Assembly (NCBI RefSeq): GCF_964194155.1
Contig: NC_135893.1
Location: 10,044,001-10,108,000, forward strand
From: Cetorhinus maximus
Lineage: Eukaryota
DNA: 64,000 bases
Direction: 5' to 3'
Shown here: in pieces, positions 26,090-39,789 of the stretch
Layout: each line of letters begins with the position of its first letter
How positions within the stretch are numbered: the first letter of the stretch is position 1
Notes under the pieces: model-generated
Told to the model about the DNA's origin: nothing
Database searches by the model: none
What the model saw: only the letters and a program-made list of their open reading frames with translations
Made by a program: the position numbers and the translations under genes

Positions 26090-26128
26090 AGTTAACGTTT
26101 CGAGCCCGTATGACCCTTCATCAGAACT
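26090..26128 (-). ncRNA. Minimal (dimeric-type) hammerhead ribozyme motif in a Penelope pLTR
   Basis: Minus strand reads AGUU CUGAUGA A GGGUC AUACG GGCUC GAA ACGU U AACU: intact core, stem I AGUU/AACU, palindromic helix III. Confidence 0.6.
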
Positions 26129-27366
26129 AAGACATATAGAAATTAGATTAATATAAGCTGGTAGAAGGGGGTGGGACAGGAGAGCTCGATAGGGGGCCAG
26201 TGATAGGTGGAGGCCAAGAAGAGACTGCCAAAGATGTCATAGACAAAAGGACAAAAGAGGTGTTGACTGTGTTGATATTATCTAAAGGATGTGCTAATGG
26301 GGACATTAAGGGAAGCAAGCTAGTGGCAGATGGCCCTAGTGGGGTGGAGTGGGGGGAAGGGGTCAAAATGGGCTAAGAGGTAGAGCAAGGGACCTGGAAA
26401 CAGGAGGGAGGAGAGGAGCCTCAAAGCCATCTCCCCCGCCCTTGCCCCTGATTCTCCCACCCTCAACCCCGCACCCCCTGCCATGACCCCCATCCCACCT
26501 TTACTCACCTGTGTGGCCTGGGGTTCCACAATGATCCTGGGCCTCTAGGGGATGCATTGCTCACAGCTGGCACCACTCCTGCTACCACTGGTGGCAATGA
26601 GGAACTGCCAGTCTCTTTACAGATTAGCTTGCAGCTCTCTGCGGGTGGGATTTTTGCAACCTGGGACCTCAGTTGTGGTGAAGGCCCTACAGTGGCCACT
26701 TAATTGCCTGAAAGGAATTTGATTCTGTTAGGCCTTTCCCCATGGAATTGATGGGGGAATTCCCCACCAGTTCTCTGACCGGTGAGCAAGAATCCTAGTT
26801 TTCAGACGCTGACCTACATTTGTACTTTCTATTTCTGGTTTTGTTGTATTTTTTGAAGCGTTTCCTAATTAAATGGAAGCTTTATTTACCTTCACTGCCT
26901 GGTGTTTGTTAAATGACATGTAGAAGAACGTGAAGGGAATGTAAATAAAATGTTAGGTCAGTTTCTAAAGCTTAAACTCCAATTCCAACACTTCGTCCCG
27001 ATGCCCCCTTCTCACCCGTGAATCTGGATAACGTGCGGCATTGAGCAGTTCAACTCAAACTGGGGCTTTGAGACCAAACCTTGCCCCCATCTTCCTCTGA
27101 ATTCCCAAAGGAAGGAAGAAGTTTGATTGCGTGAGATGAAGTTAGCTCGAATGAGGCTCCTGTGGAGTATAAATGCTGTCACAGTCCAGCTGGGTTGAAT
27201 GGCCTGTTTCTATGCTCCAATTAACCAAACAGCAGGATTCATGTGGCAGAGAGTGAGAGCTTTATCTGATTGCATTCTCCTCTCTTGTGCAGGCGAGTTT
27301 TAGTATTCTATTGTCAGTTAACTGAGCACCGTGATTCCTGATCTGTGCAGATTATCCACAGGGTGT

Positions 27367-27695
27367 TTATTTTTTAATTCATTCATGGGATGTGGGTGTC
27401 ACTGGCCAGGCCAGCATTTATTAAATTTATTACCCATCACTAGTTCAGAGGGAATTTACGAGCTGTGGGTCCGGAGTCATGTGTAGGCCAGGCCGGGTAA
27501 GGACAGCAGATTTCCTTTCTTGAAGGACATTAGTGAACCAGATGGGTTTTTACAACAATTGCCAGATTTTTATTGAATTCAAATTCAAATTCCACCATCT
27601 GCCATAGCAGGACTCAAACCTGGGTCCCCAGGACCATTACCCTGGGTCTCTGGATTACTAGCCCAGTGACAATATCACTACACCACCGCCTCCCC
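27367..27695 (-). mobile_element. tRNA-headed SINE with a CR1-group LINE tail
   Basis: Head matches the 5' end of the LINE at 61651. Tail aataaatgctggcc...cccacatcccatgaatgaa matches the LINE 3' fragments. Confidence 0.75.
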
Positions 27696-27774
27696 TTATA
27701 CCCTGTAGTGGGTTTGCTCAACTTGCATTAGTCTTAAATTGTCACGAGAGATTTCCATTAGAATAATTTCTGTG

Positions 27775-27778
<4 letters not shown>

Positions 27779-27808
<30 letters not shown>
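27779..27808. repeat. (TA)n microsatellite
   Basis: Read directly from the sequence. Confidence 0.95.
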
Positions 27809-27814
<6 letters not shown>

Positions 27815-27819
27815 AATAA

Positions 27820-28100
27820 CCATTTCAGAGGGCAGTTATAAGTTAACCATATTGATGTGGGTCTGGAGTCACATACAGGCCAGACTGGGTAAGGATGGCA
27901 GATTTCCCTCCTAAACGACATTAATGAAACGGATGGGTTTTTGCAATCCACCAGTTTCATGGTCGCCATTACCGACACTAGTGTTTTTTTTCCTTCCAGC
28001 TTTATTTAATTAACCAAACTTAACTTCTTCAGTTTCCATGATGGGATTTGAACTCGTGTCTCTGGATCATTATTCTAGTTCTCGGAATTACTAGTCCAGG
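27820..28100 (-). mobile_element. Second, partial copy of the tRNA-headed SINE
   Basis: ctggactagtaat head and tgactccagacccac core on the minus strand. Confidence 0.65.
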
Positions 28101-28939
28101 AGCGGAATCACAAGACTGCCGTACCCTCTGTACCATGTAGTTTTGTTAAATGTTTATAAAGCAGACTAGGCTCAAGGTGCGATGTGTCAGCTGCACAGCT
28201 GCCTGTGCATAAAAGGAATGCAAAGGGACTGAGTGTAATTTGAGTCAATGCAAATGGTCTTTGGTTTACAATTTTTGTTGCCATGTCTGCAGCAAAGCCA
28301 AGTTGCACAGAATTTTATTTCATGTAGAATGGTCGAACATTTTTCTCTGGATGCCACGTAGTCAAGGAAGCAGCATTTCAGCTATTAATAACACGTGTTG
28401 ATCTCCTTGTGGAGTTGCACAGAAGTCAGGGCCAAGTGTAAGTAGGGTTAGAAGATTGGACCCGGGCGTGCGGAGGGAATTCAGTCCCCGTTGTAATGTC
28501 ATCCACTCTGCCTCTTATAAAATAATAATAAAAATAATAAATAATAAAATCTGAGGTCCAAGTTCATAATGGACACTTAGCCCTGTAAACTTGTCACACT
28601 GTAATTACATGCTCCCAACCACTGGTAGAACTGCAGTGTCATAAAATAGTAAGGGATAAAAATTAAACGCAATGGTAAAGGAATATATATAAAATTTTCA
28701 CAACATATCAGACCATATTCACAATTGCGAATTAACAATATTCTTCCTAAGCAGCTGTCATGGAATGGATGGGCTGAATGGACTCTTTCTGTGCTGTTGT
28801 GACTCTATGACTAGTAGTCCATTTGAAGGTTGTGTGGTTTTAAAATGTTTGAAACCATTTCTATCAGAATTGCTAATGCACGATCAACCCAGATGTTCCT
28901 TTATTTTTAAGGAAGGTGACTGATAATTAAAAAGAGAGA

Positions 28940-29560
28940 TTTGCATTTCTATTGCGCCTTTGACAACTTCAGGAGGTCCCCAAGCGCTTCAAGTCCTATG
29001 AGGTACTTTTGGAGTGTAATCATTGTTATGGGAAACACAGCAGCAAATTTGTTCAGATGGTAACAAAAAACAGAAAATGCTGGAAAAACTCAGCAGGCCT
29101 AACAGTACCTGTGGAGAGAGAAAGAAAAAACAGAGTTAACGTTTCGAGTCCGTATGACTCTTCTTCAGACCCATACAGACTCGAAACGTTAACTCTGTTT
29201 GTTTTTCTTTCTCCACAGGTAGTTAGGCCTGCTGAGTTTTTCCAGCATTTTCTGTTTTTGTTTCCGATTTCCAGCATCTGCAGTATTTTGCTTTTATCTT
29301 TGTTTTAGTGAATGTTGGTTAAGAGCTAAACGTTGGCCAGGATACTGGGAGAACTCCCCTTCAGAATAGAGTTTTACATCCACTGGAGAGGGCAAGACAG
29401 GACCTCGGTTTAACCAAAAGTTAGCACCTCTGACAATGCAGCACTCCCTCTATGCTGCACTAAAGCTTCTGCCTCGGTTATATGCCCAAGCCTCTGGAGT
29501 GGAGCTTAAGCCCACAGCCTTCTGACTCAGAGGCAAAAATGCTGCCTGCTGCGCTTCAGT
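28940..29560 (-). mobile_element. SacSINE1-like SINE hosting a Penelope palindrome (about 29062-29300)
   Basis: SINE tail and head flank a near-perfect inverted pLTR pair. Confidence 0.7.
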
Positions 29561-31394
29561 TGACACCTGGGACTTGGCACTGCCAAAAGTCAGGCAAGCC
29601 TGTACTTGGTCAACCTTTGCGGCAGCTATAAACGCTTCTCCCAGTGTAGCAGGAGGCAAGTGAAATAGCAGCGTGGGTCGCAGAGACGACTAATGCTGGC
29701 GACCGATGTAGGACACCATTCAGGGCAGAAGAAACTGTTGCATGTCAATTTGGAATTGCAACAGTATTTGATGGCACAGTCCATTAACAGACTGATATTG
29801 TTAACGTGAGCTGTTTTCTCCTGATACCTACTGCCCGAGTGTTTGAAGGAAATGTATGTGAAGAGAGGAGAAAATCAGAGTGAAATTTGTAGATCTAGGC
29901 AGATGGCAATATGAACCCACAGTGTTTGAGATAAATGTCTGACATCCAGATCTTTCTGATTTACTAAAATCTGGAAGTCCTTTTACATATATCCCAGATT
30001 AATTGACCATCTCTGATGGATCTAATTTTCTTGCTTTTGCAAAAATGCTTTCAACTGACAACTTTGATTACTTGCTTGAAATAAAACCGCTCTTCGTTGA
30101 TGTGACACAAATGATAGTTTGATTGGGTAATTGGACTAACCAACTGTTCGAAATGGAGCAGTGAGTTGACATAATTTCAATTTTGGGGAGGCAATTGCCT
30201 TAATTTAACTGATTTAGCTGATTGAAGTTATTTGGCCTTTTTCAGACCTTGCAGGTAAAATAAATTCTGTTTTTTATGAAAGCATTTTTTTTTTCTTAAC
30301 TCCTTCCAAGCAGTGACTACTTGAATGAATATAGCGCCTTTAACAAAGCAAAAGGTTTTTCGCAGGAGCTTAATGGAACAACATGTGACACTTGAGCCAC
30401 ATAAGGCGATGTGAGGACAGGTGACCCAATGGTTTGGTGAAAGAGCTAGGTGTTAAGGAGTATTTAAAGGAGGAGGAACTTGAGAGGTTTAGGAAAGGAA
30501 ATTGAGGGCTGTCAGTGGTGGAGCAACTAAAACTTGGGGGTGCGTAAGAGGTCAGAAATAAATGGTAATCACTGGTCCCAACACATAGGTGCACAGGGCT
30601 GATTACAAAAGGACCTGAGGACCACATAAGAGATATGTTTCTTTCTTACAACCAGCTGGAGGTTGGTTAATCTCCTCTCTTCTAAGCGACTGGCTCAGGG
30701 GGGATTTGAGAGGCCATTCTTCACACATGAGCCTAGACAACTAATCTACAATGAAGAACATTGCAGCTGAAACTAATCCGGTTTGATTCAATTTCCAAGC
30801 CTTGTGGACTTTTCAGTCAGAATCACTGGGTAGCAGTGGGGAGTGGGAACCCTGATTATGTGTGTGTGTGTGTTTGTGTATATTTTTCCCTCCTTCCTAT
30901 TTCCAGGCCAGGGTCACAGAAGCTAAATAAAATTCTCAGAATTGTTGTCTCCAGTAGTTTCCTGTGACTCTGCTAACTCAACTCAAACCAGAGAGTTAAA
31001 TCGGGGAGATCTTCTGGCCTGCATTGTAAGGTACTACAGCTGGAGTGGAGGTGGCAAGAACATCTTTTCATTCCTGCACTCTGTGCTGTTGGCTCTACAT
31101 TTAAGGGCTAGAAGAGCGAGGGTGAAATTTTGCAACACCTCCACCTCCCCCCCTCCTCTCCCCACTGAGCGCAGGTTGGCAAGCAGAGGGGTCGTAAAAT
31201 CGGGTGGCATGGCGGCATGCTGTCCCTATCACCTACCCGCCTCCGCTGGTATTTTACTAGTGGCAGGAAAGACGCTAGGTGACCCGCCCAACCTTGGGCC
31301 AATTGAAGCCCTTAAATGTCCAATTAATGGCTGCTTCAGTGTCTCCACCTGCCACTGCTGGTATTTTAACTGGTTGGTGGCCATTGTGCAGACT

Positions 31395-32765
31395 TTTTTC
31401 TATTCTTTTAGGGATGTGGGCGTCGCTGGCTAGGCCAGCATTTGTCGCCCACCCCTAATTGCCCTTGAGAAGGTGGTGGTGAGCCGCCGCCTTGAACCGC
31501 TGCAGTCCACGTGGTGTAGGTACACCCACAGTGCTGTTAGGGAGGGAGTTCCAAGACCCAGTGACAGTGAAGGAGCAGCGGTATAATTCCTGGGGCAGAA
31601 TTTCACCCAGGTCGGGCTGGGACGTTGGGGAAGCTTGGCAAGCGGGACCAGCGCGACCTTCACGTCTGCGCACGAGTGCGTGCTTCATAATCTCCCCGAG
31701 GCACAGAGCTGCCTCAGGGCGAAGAAAGAGTATTAAAAAAAATAAAGAAAATAAAAATGTAATGAAGCATGTCCTCGCATGTGACTCTGTCACATGAGCA
31801 GAGACATGTTATTAATTAAATTTTTAAAATTTTATTTCATTTTTATTTGCTTTTGGCAACGTCATCCCGCCCGTGGATGAGGTTTCAAAAAAAAAATGCA
31901 AAGGCCGCGTGGCCTTTTTGCGCCTGCCCGGCAGCCGCAAAGTTGGACGGGCAGTGAAAAATTTAATTTAATGGATTGTTTAATGGCCTTAACAGGCCTT
32001 TTAATTGTCGGAGAGTGCGCTGCCGACTCTGGCGCGCACCCGCCGACCGAACTATCGTGTGACTGCACGTTGATGCCGACACGCTTGGCTCGGCCGGGGT
32101 CGGGCGCGCGCTCGCCGAGCTAAAAATTTTGCCCCTGGTCAGGATGGCGTGTGGCTTGGAGAGGAGCTCGCAGGGGGTGATGTTCTGATGGGTCTGCTAC
32201 CCCTGCCTTTCTAGGTGGTGGAAGGCGCTGTTGAAGGGGCCTTGGTGAGTTGCTGCAGTGCATCTTGTAGATGGTACACACTGCTGCCACTGCGCATCGG
32301 TGATCAAGGGAGTGGCTGTTTAAGGTGGTGGGTGGGATGCCGATCAATTGGGCTGCTTTGTCTTGGACGGTGTTGAGCTTCTTGAGTGATGCTGGATGCT
32401 CTTTGACAGACATAAGCTCCTTGCATCACCTGGACCTGAATCACATCTGAGTAAAGTTTCCACTTTTAATTCGGGTATTATTAATTTTCATCCAGGCAAG
32501 TGGCGAATATTCCATCACACTCCTGACATGTGTCTTGTCGATGGTGGACAGGCTTGGGGGAGTCATTAGGGGAGTTACTTGTCACAGAATTCCCAGCATC
32601 CGACCAGCTGTTTCACAGTATTTATCTGACTAGATCAGTTCAGTTTCTGGTCAATGGGAAACCCCCAGGATGTTGATAGTGCAGTAATCAGTAATGGTAA
32701 TGCCGTTGAATGTCTAGGGGAGTTGGTTAGATTCAAGGGAGTCTGGCAATTGTGTGGTGCGAATT
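31395..32765 (-). mobile_element. CR1-group LINE 3' part interrupted by a MITE
   Basis: Encodes LKKLNTVQDKAAQLIG and WNSLPNSTVGVPTPRGLQRFKAAAHHHLLKGN. Confidence 0.8.
31592..32134. mobile_element. GC-rich MITE
   Basis: TIRs GGGGCAGAATTT / AAATTTTGCCCC with a possible CTG duplication. It splits the host LINE at ttcc..gtcaggatgg. Confidence 0.75.
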
Positions 32766-35729
32766 CCACTTTCGGGCTGAGGGGGTGGGGGGTCTTTCCT
32801 GTTTGGGTACCCTGTGCCTAATAGAGGTCCCCATGCCCAACTGGCCATCTAATCTGCCCCCCAGGCTCCTCAGGATGATGGACAGCCTGCAGTCCCAGCA
32901 CTGGTCACTATATCTGGTGGTGCCTCTGGGATAGCTCTTGGAGGCAAGACTTCCTCTCAGATGGGGGCGGAAGCCTCACCCTGAGCCAATTAACGGCCTG
33001 GGACAGCTGTGAAATTGGCTTGGGGCTCATCGGCCAAGCAGAGGTGGACTCGCCACCAACTTTTAAGTCAGAGGTGGGGCCACCATCCATGTAAAATCCA
33101 GCCCCAGATGTTTTTTTTGTTGCAATGGCTGATTGTGTCAACTCCAGCTTCCATTAGTTGTCAATGATCTAACAAATTTTCATTGTCGGTGAAACCCCCA
33201 ATGGCTCAGCAAGACTAGGCAGTAAGGGACTGAATCATATAAGGACAAGCAAGATTCCATGTTTGACCACCCCCTTAACCCCCTGGGAAGATCACACCTG
33301 GTTCCAGCATCTGACTGGTGACCAGGAAACTTTATTGAAAATGAGTGAGCGGGGGAAGGGAACGGATTTGGCAGAGACGTTCCACAGGTTCAGGGGTCAG
33401 AGAGCCAAGCTGCATTCACCGATGGGGCTTAATGTGAATAAATGGCCGCTCAGACAGGATAGCAACTTGTGACTGGACCTCAGCAAGGAGACAGCGTGTT
33501 TTGAAGCTGAGAAAATTGTTGGAAAAGGCAAGGGGAAAGAAATCCTTTTCTGTTTCAGTCAACAGCTGGGAAAAAAAAAAATCATAAATCTGATGTTAGC
33601 ACCTCAGCTTCTCAGTGCTGGTGTCCTGGCTGGCTGATGTTCAGTTATTGAAAGAACATACATATGTGAGATACAAAGATTGGAAATGTCACAACATTGA
33701 GATTTATTTCTGTATAAAAATAGAGCCTGAGGCAATAGTCCGAGGTGGGTTCTCTTTTCCAAATTTGAGGGGGTTTTTTCAGTGCTATTTTGGCAAAACA
33801 CAAGAACCATTTTTCATGGTGTCTTTGTTCTCTTTGGCCTGTTTCCAGTATCGCCAGACTTGAATCTTTCAGAAACAACGCTGCATTTTCGTTGATAAAC
33901 GGACATTATTGTGGACATTTTGAATTTGTTTCAGGGTTCTTTTTATAGTCCAAGGTTGAATAAAGAAAAGAGTAACTGAAGCTCAAAACAATATTATGTT
34001 CAGCCGTTCAGCCTCTGCTAATAAAACCCCGTCTTCAGTCTCTTTGCCAGAGCTGTCTGTCTGAAACCAGTTGCCTAATTGATACGTAGTGCGATATTGT
34101 GCACTCGGAATGATATGAAACACTGGAGGAAAGGAACATGTAAAGATAATCATTTTGTGTGTCTTTAGAATTCTGGAAAAAAAACCTGCAGCCAATCAAA
34201 CAGAAAATGGAATATTAATATCAAAATCACAGGAGAAGTACCTCCAAATTTGTGCTTGTGTAAAGCGACACTGGAAATTCACCGTGCAAATGATTCCATG
34301 TGATATGCCTTTTTGACTCAGTTGGTAGCACTGCTGTCTCCAGTCAGAATTATTTCAAGTCAAGTCCCTTTCGAGAGCTGGAGCACGTGATCGGAAGTGA
34401 TACCCAAGTGCTGTACCAAGAGAGTGCTGCATTGTTCCAGACTGAAGATATACATGATATTGTTTTAAGCCTCAATTATTCCTTTCTTCATTCAGTCTTG
34501 GATTACGAAGAACCCTAAGACAGGTTTAAGGTGTCCACAACAATGTCCATTTATCAACTAAAATAGCTGCCATCCTTCAGATATTCGTGTGACGCCAGTG
34601 CGTCGTTCTGCCTTCTCCTTCTGTTAAATACCCCATGGCACTTTTCAAAGAGCTTCTCCTGGCCCGACATGCTTCCCCCAGTCAACAACATGAGAAACAG
34701 GATTATCTGGGCATTCATCTCATTGCTACTTATGGGATCTTGCTGATCAGCAAATGGTTGCTATGGCTGTCTGATTATCTCCCAAGAGCCATTGAATGTT
34801 GCAACATGTTTTGTCACTCGATGCCTCTCCACTGCACTGCAGTGTAAATTCACTGCAGACAAAGGCGAGTCTGAATTATTTTAAACTACAGGCTATCTCA
34901 CACCTTGAACTTTTTGCCTCAAGTTGGAGGGTTCTTAGTCATCCGAGGCATTAACATTGCTACGTAGGACAAGGTACGGACACGTGATATTCTCACATGG
35001 TACATGGTGCACTGTATGTCATCACATATTGCATACCCAGTGGCATTGAGGTAAAAATGAGATTAACATTTCCAACACAGACCTATCAACTTGTTGTCTT
35101 TGTAAGGAGCACATTTCAGGAGTAAATAGTCTAAAGTTACAATTGTATCCTACATTCTAAGAAATTTTTGTACATTTGTAATTTGCTCAGAGAATTCTTG
35201 GGTGATCTAGGAGGAGTTCATGTTTCCTTCAGTAACATAAAGCATCGAAGAGAATGAAAAAATAAACTGTTCTGCACTCAGACTCATGTGAAGGAAATGC
35301 TTTTGGCATAAATTGAAGATTCAGTAATTTCAGTTCATAAAACTGACTTCACCACAGCAAAATTCAAAGTGAATATAATATTAAAGGATCTCAGGGCTGG
35401 CCAACTTGACTAAAATGTCCTGTCCCAGTTGATTCCTAGGTTTGGAATATAGACATTAAAAACAGACACACACGCAGACATAAACACTCACTCCCTCTCT
35501 CCCTCTCTCTCACTCTAAATAAAAATCTCCGACGTTACTGGCAGATGCCTAGAGATGAGTTTGTTCATATGGTTCGGCCAGAAGCTGCAAACTTGAGCTG
35601 GGATTGAATCGGAAGAAAGTCACGTGCTTCTAACGTCATCCAACAATGACACATGATCAAATACTGAAACCTTGATAAGCATCAAGAAAACTCAAGGCTA
35701 ATAGATTTTACTTGAAAATAATAAATATG

Positions 35730-35900
35730 CAGTGTGTGTGTGAAAGAGAGGTAGATTGTGTGTGTCTGTGCGTGCATTGTGTGTGTGTGTCTATGAGAGT
35801 GCATGTACCTATGTGCGTGTGAGTGTCTATGTGCATGTGTGTGGTTTGGGTGTGTGAAAGTGCGATGTGAGTGTGCACATGTATCTGCTTGTGCCTGCAT
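35730..35900. repeat. Degenerate (TG)n tract
   Basis: Read directly from the sequence. Confidence 0.85.
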
Positions 35901-37639
35901 GTTAAGTAGCAAATCAAAATGTTTGAATGGATTCAGAGTTGCATTTTGCCCATGTGTGGAAATTCTATTCCAACCTCCCCCCTCCCCCCAACCCTCCCCG
36001 CTCTCTCTCTTCCTTTTTGTCCTACTTTGAGCTTCCATTCAGTGACAACCCATTCACTCATGGCTAATTAAGACTGCAATAGTATCTAAATTAGTGTGAT
36101 TCTACAGTCAGTCTCGGCTGAAATGTGGTGCCACCAGGGAAAATAAAACTCCCAGCAATTTGTAAGAAAAAATTTAACACTGGGCTGCCAGGCTGCTTCA
36201 AAGTAGAGTTAAGCCAGTGCATAACACATTTCACATCAAAATTTGTTTGGCACCGAAGAATTATGAAGGGGCTTTCAGGGGGTAATTGAAGCCCCCACAA
36301 TAGGCAGGGAATTTCAAATCTCTAACCTAACCTGGCTGCAATGCACCATCTTCTGGTTTTAATGGAGGTGGGCTGTGGGCGATTGAGGGGTGGGTGGTTG
36401 AGTGACTAACTTTCTCCCTAGAGGCTGGTCCATTATTTAAATCTGCTAATGAGGCCTCAGATTTTAACGGCGTTTCAGATTTAAAGTCCAGGAGCTGGGT
36501 GTCCCGGTGTTTTGGAAACTCGGTGGCCGAAGGGAGGCAGGAATGGCCAATTCCTTTCCCGTGAGGCTTGTGGGCCAGCAGAGGTGTGCCCTCCGTGCAC
36601 TCTGGTCCCCCCCAGCAAACCTGCTGCCTGACCCACACTGCGACCTGAACCCCCAGGCCACACTGCAATCTCCCAAGCTCTCCCTCCCTCTCTCCCTCCC
36701 TCCCCCTCTCCACACCTTGACTGCAACCTTCAACCTCGGGCTTTCCCACCCGACAGGCCAGGAAATAGAGAAAACAAAACTGAAGGAGGCCTGACGTTAA
36801 ATTCGACTGGGCCTCCACATTACCTGGTCTCTAAGATACCCCCCCATCACCCGCTCCCTCCCTGCATCCCAGTAAGTATCGGGGCTGAAATTTAAATATC
36901 AGATACTTCGATTGGATGTGTTTTTTTTTTAAAGCTGTCACGGTGTAACAATTCTTAAGCCCACGGGGTAAATGGAAGCAGATGAAGGTCTCAGCTGGAT
37001 ATTAGGCCTCACTTATCACCATGGCGACAAACAGCCAGCTCTCATACAGTATTCATGTGACCTTTTCTCTTCAAACACAGACTCCGAAATGGAATAATTT
37101 GCAGTCAACAGCCTAATATTGTGCCCCCAAGTGACACTTAGCTAGGCAAAGCAAGAGGGGGCAAAATAAATTAGTTGATAGAGCGTTAATAAATAAGTGG
37201 ACCGCTTTAAACTGGACAAGAATAGCACTTCAGTCTCTTTCCTGTCCTTTTCCTGCCCTCCCCAGCCTCCCCACAACTTCATGACTTCTTAACATTGGTG
37301 CAAGTAGTTTGTGTTTTGATACCAACCCCAGGGTTAAGAAAATTAGCATCAGAACCACACCCGTGTGTCACTCTCAAGTTTATAACACTGTCCTATGGTT
37401 TTGCACTACTCTAGACTTAATGGAGGTCTGAATCGGCCTCGTCCAATGGCACAGAATAATATATTCTTCTAGGAAAGTAATGCCAATTTTAAGGCGGGAG
37501 AAGGGAAAACTGACCCGAGCATGAACGGTGTTTAGAGCAAATCTCACATTGTGGTGCAAGTGTGTTGACATTGTGAACAAGCTGATTGCATTGAGCAGGT
37601 TGAGGTTAGAGTTCTAGTAGACGTTTTAACAGGGGGCTT

Positions 37640-39030
37640 AGATAAATTTAAGGTAATCAGGCAGAGTCAACATGGCTTTGTGAAAGGGAAATCATGCTTG
37701 ACCAATTTATTGGAGTTCTTTGAAGAAGTAACAGGTGCTGTGGATAAAGGGGAGCCAGTGGACGTACTATACTTAGACTTTCAGTAGACATTTGATAGGG
37801 TGCCACATCAAGGGTTATTGTGGAAAATAAAGCCTATGGTGTAGGGGGTAACACATTGGCGCGGACAGAAGATTGGTTAGCTAACAGGAAACAGCAGGCA
37901 TAAATGGCTCATTTTCTGGTTAGCAGGATGTGATGAGTGGTGTGCCACAGGGATCAGTGCTTGGGGCCTCAACTCTTTACAATTTGTATAAACGATTTGG
38001 ATGAAGGGACCGATGGTATGGCTGCTAAATTTGCTGATGATACAAAGGTAGGTAGGAAAGTAAGTTGTGAAGAGGGTGCGAGGAGGCTACAAAAGGATAT
38101 GGGTAGGTTAGGTGAGTGGGCAAAGATCTGGCAAAGGAGTATGATGTAGGAAAATGTGAGGTGGTCCATTTTGGTAGGAGGAATTAAAAAAGAAGCATAT
38201 TATCCAAATGGAGAGAGATTGCAGAGCTCTGAGATTCAGAGGGATCTGGGTGTCCTAGTGCATGAATCACAAAAGGTTAGTACACAAGGTGCAGCAAGTA
38301 ATTAGCAAAGCTAATAGAATGTTACCGTTTATTGTGAGGGGAATTGAAAACCAAAGTAGGGAGGTTATGGTAAAAGCAAAACACTGCGGATGCTGGAAAT
38401 CTGAAACAAAAACAAAAATAGCTGGAAAAACTCAGTAGGTCTGTACCAGGTTAGGGAGGTTATGCTTCACTTGTACAGACCATATCGGTACAGAGCATTG
38501 GTGAGACCACATCTGGAGTACTGTGTACAGTATTGGTCTCCTTATTTAAGGAAAGATGTAAATGCATTGGAAGCAATTCAGAGAAGGTTTACTAGGTTAC
38601 TACCCAGATTGGGCGGGTTATTTTATGAGGAAAGGTTGGACAGGCTAGGCTTGTATCGGCTGGAGTTTAGAAGAGTAAGAGGTGACTTGATTGAAACATA
38701 TAAGATCCTGAGGGGACTTCACAGGGTGGATGTGGAAAGGATATGTCGTCTTGTCGGGGAATCTAGAACTCGGGGTCACTGTTTAAAAATAGGGGGCCTC
38801 CCATTTAGGACAGAGATGAGGAAAAATTGATTCTCTCAAGAGGGCTGTGAGACTTTGGAATTTTCTTCCTCAAAAGGTGGTTGAGGGCAGAGTTCATGAA
38901 TATCTTAAGGCAGAGGTAGATAGACTCTTGATAAGCAAGGGGGTGAAAGATTGTTGGGGGTAGGGAAGAATGAGGTTATTGAATGGTGGAGCAGGCTTGA
39001 GAGGCCGAGTAGCCGACCCCTGCTCTCGAT
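37640..39030 (+). mobile_element. CR1 LINE RT and 3' end, with a Penelope insert at 38370-38451
   Basis: Encodes GVPQGSVLGP-like, KFADDTK and LVRPHLEYCVQYWSP. A 13-bp TSD TAGGGAGGTTATG surrounds the insert. Confidence 0.9.
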
Positions 39031-39789
39031 TCCATATGTTGGGGCAGGTGTCCCCGATGGGCGGAGGGGATACCCTAAAAGAGGATTGAAAGCTACCAGG
39101 CTGCTCACCATCGCACAGCCTTCCCCCGCAGACTGAAAAATTGCGGCGGAGACCGATTGAGGCCCTCAAGTGGCAATTAATTGGCCACTTTTGGGCCTCA
39201 ATTGGCCTAAAGGCAGGTGGGCTGCCTGCTGCTTTACCCTGCCCCCGCCCAGTAATCTGAGGGACAGGTCAGGGGTGGGCAGGAAGACAGCAGGCTGGGC
39301 AACCCGCTTTATTTTACATGCCCGACCCCCCCACAACCGTCTTCAAGTACACTGGCGGGGGGTGGGGTGGGGGGGGTGGCAAGGAGGGTCTTGAAATTCA
39401 CCCCACGATTTTAAATTCAACGTCACCATATTTTTTCCTGGCTCATTTTAATTCTTGGAGACTCCAGGACAATCCTAGAGGGTTGGCAACACCTTATGTC
39501 CTGAGATCCAGGAAAAAGCGCGTCTCTTGTTCATGCTGCTTGTGTGTGAGCTGTAGCTTGATGACCTGCACAGGAAACATTGCTCGAGTCAATGGCTTTG
39601 CAGTGATAGAAAATGTGCCTTTATATAAAGGATGTTCAAAATCCAGGGACACTGATTTTTTGTGTCAGAGCTGCTTGGTTAGTCTGCTGCCCTGGATTGT
39701 GCTGAAATGCATTTTCAGGCCAGGTGGCAGTGAGCCTCATGATCGTTCTGAGGGCATATCATTCCGCCTCTTGTTCTGCCCGTAAATGA

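Larger units (their letters stand above)
25563..26800. mobile_element. GC-rich DNA-transposon remnant with a G-rich tract and a nested Penelope pLTR (about 25993-26385)
   Basis: Starts GGCTGGATTT. The nested sequence matches the pLTR at 48618-48980. Confidence 0.5.
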
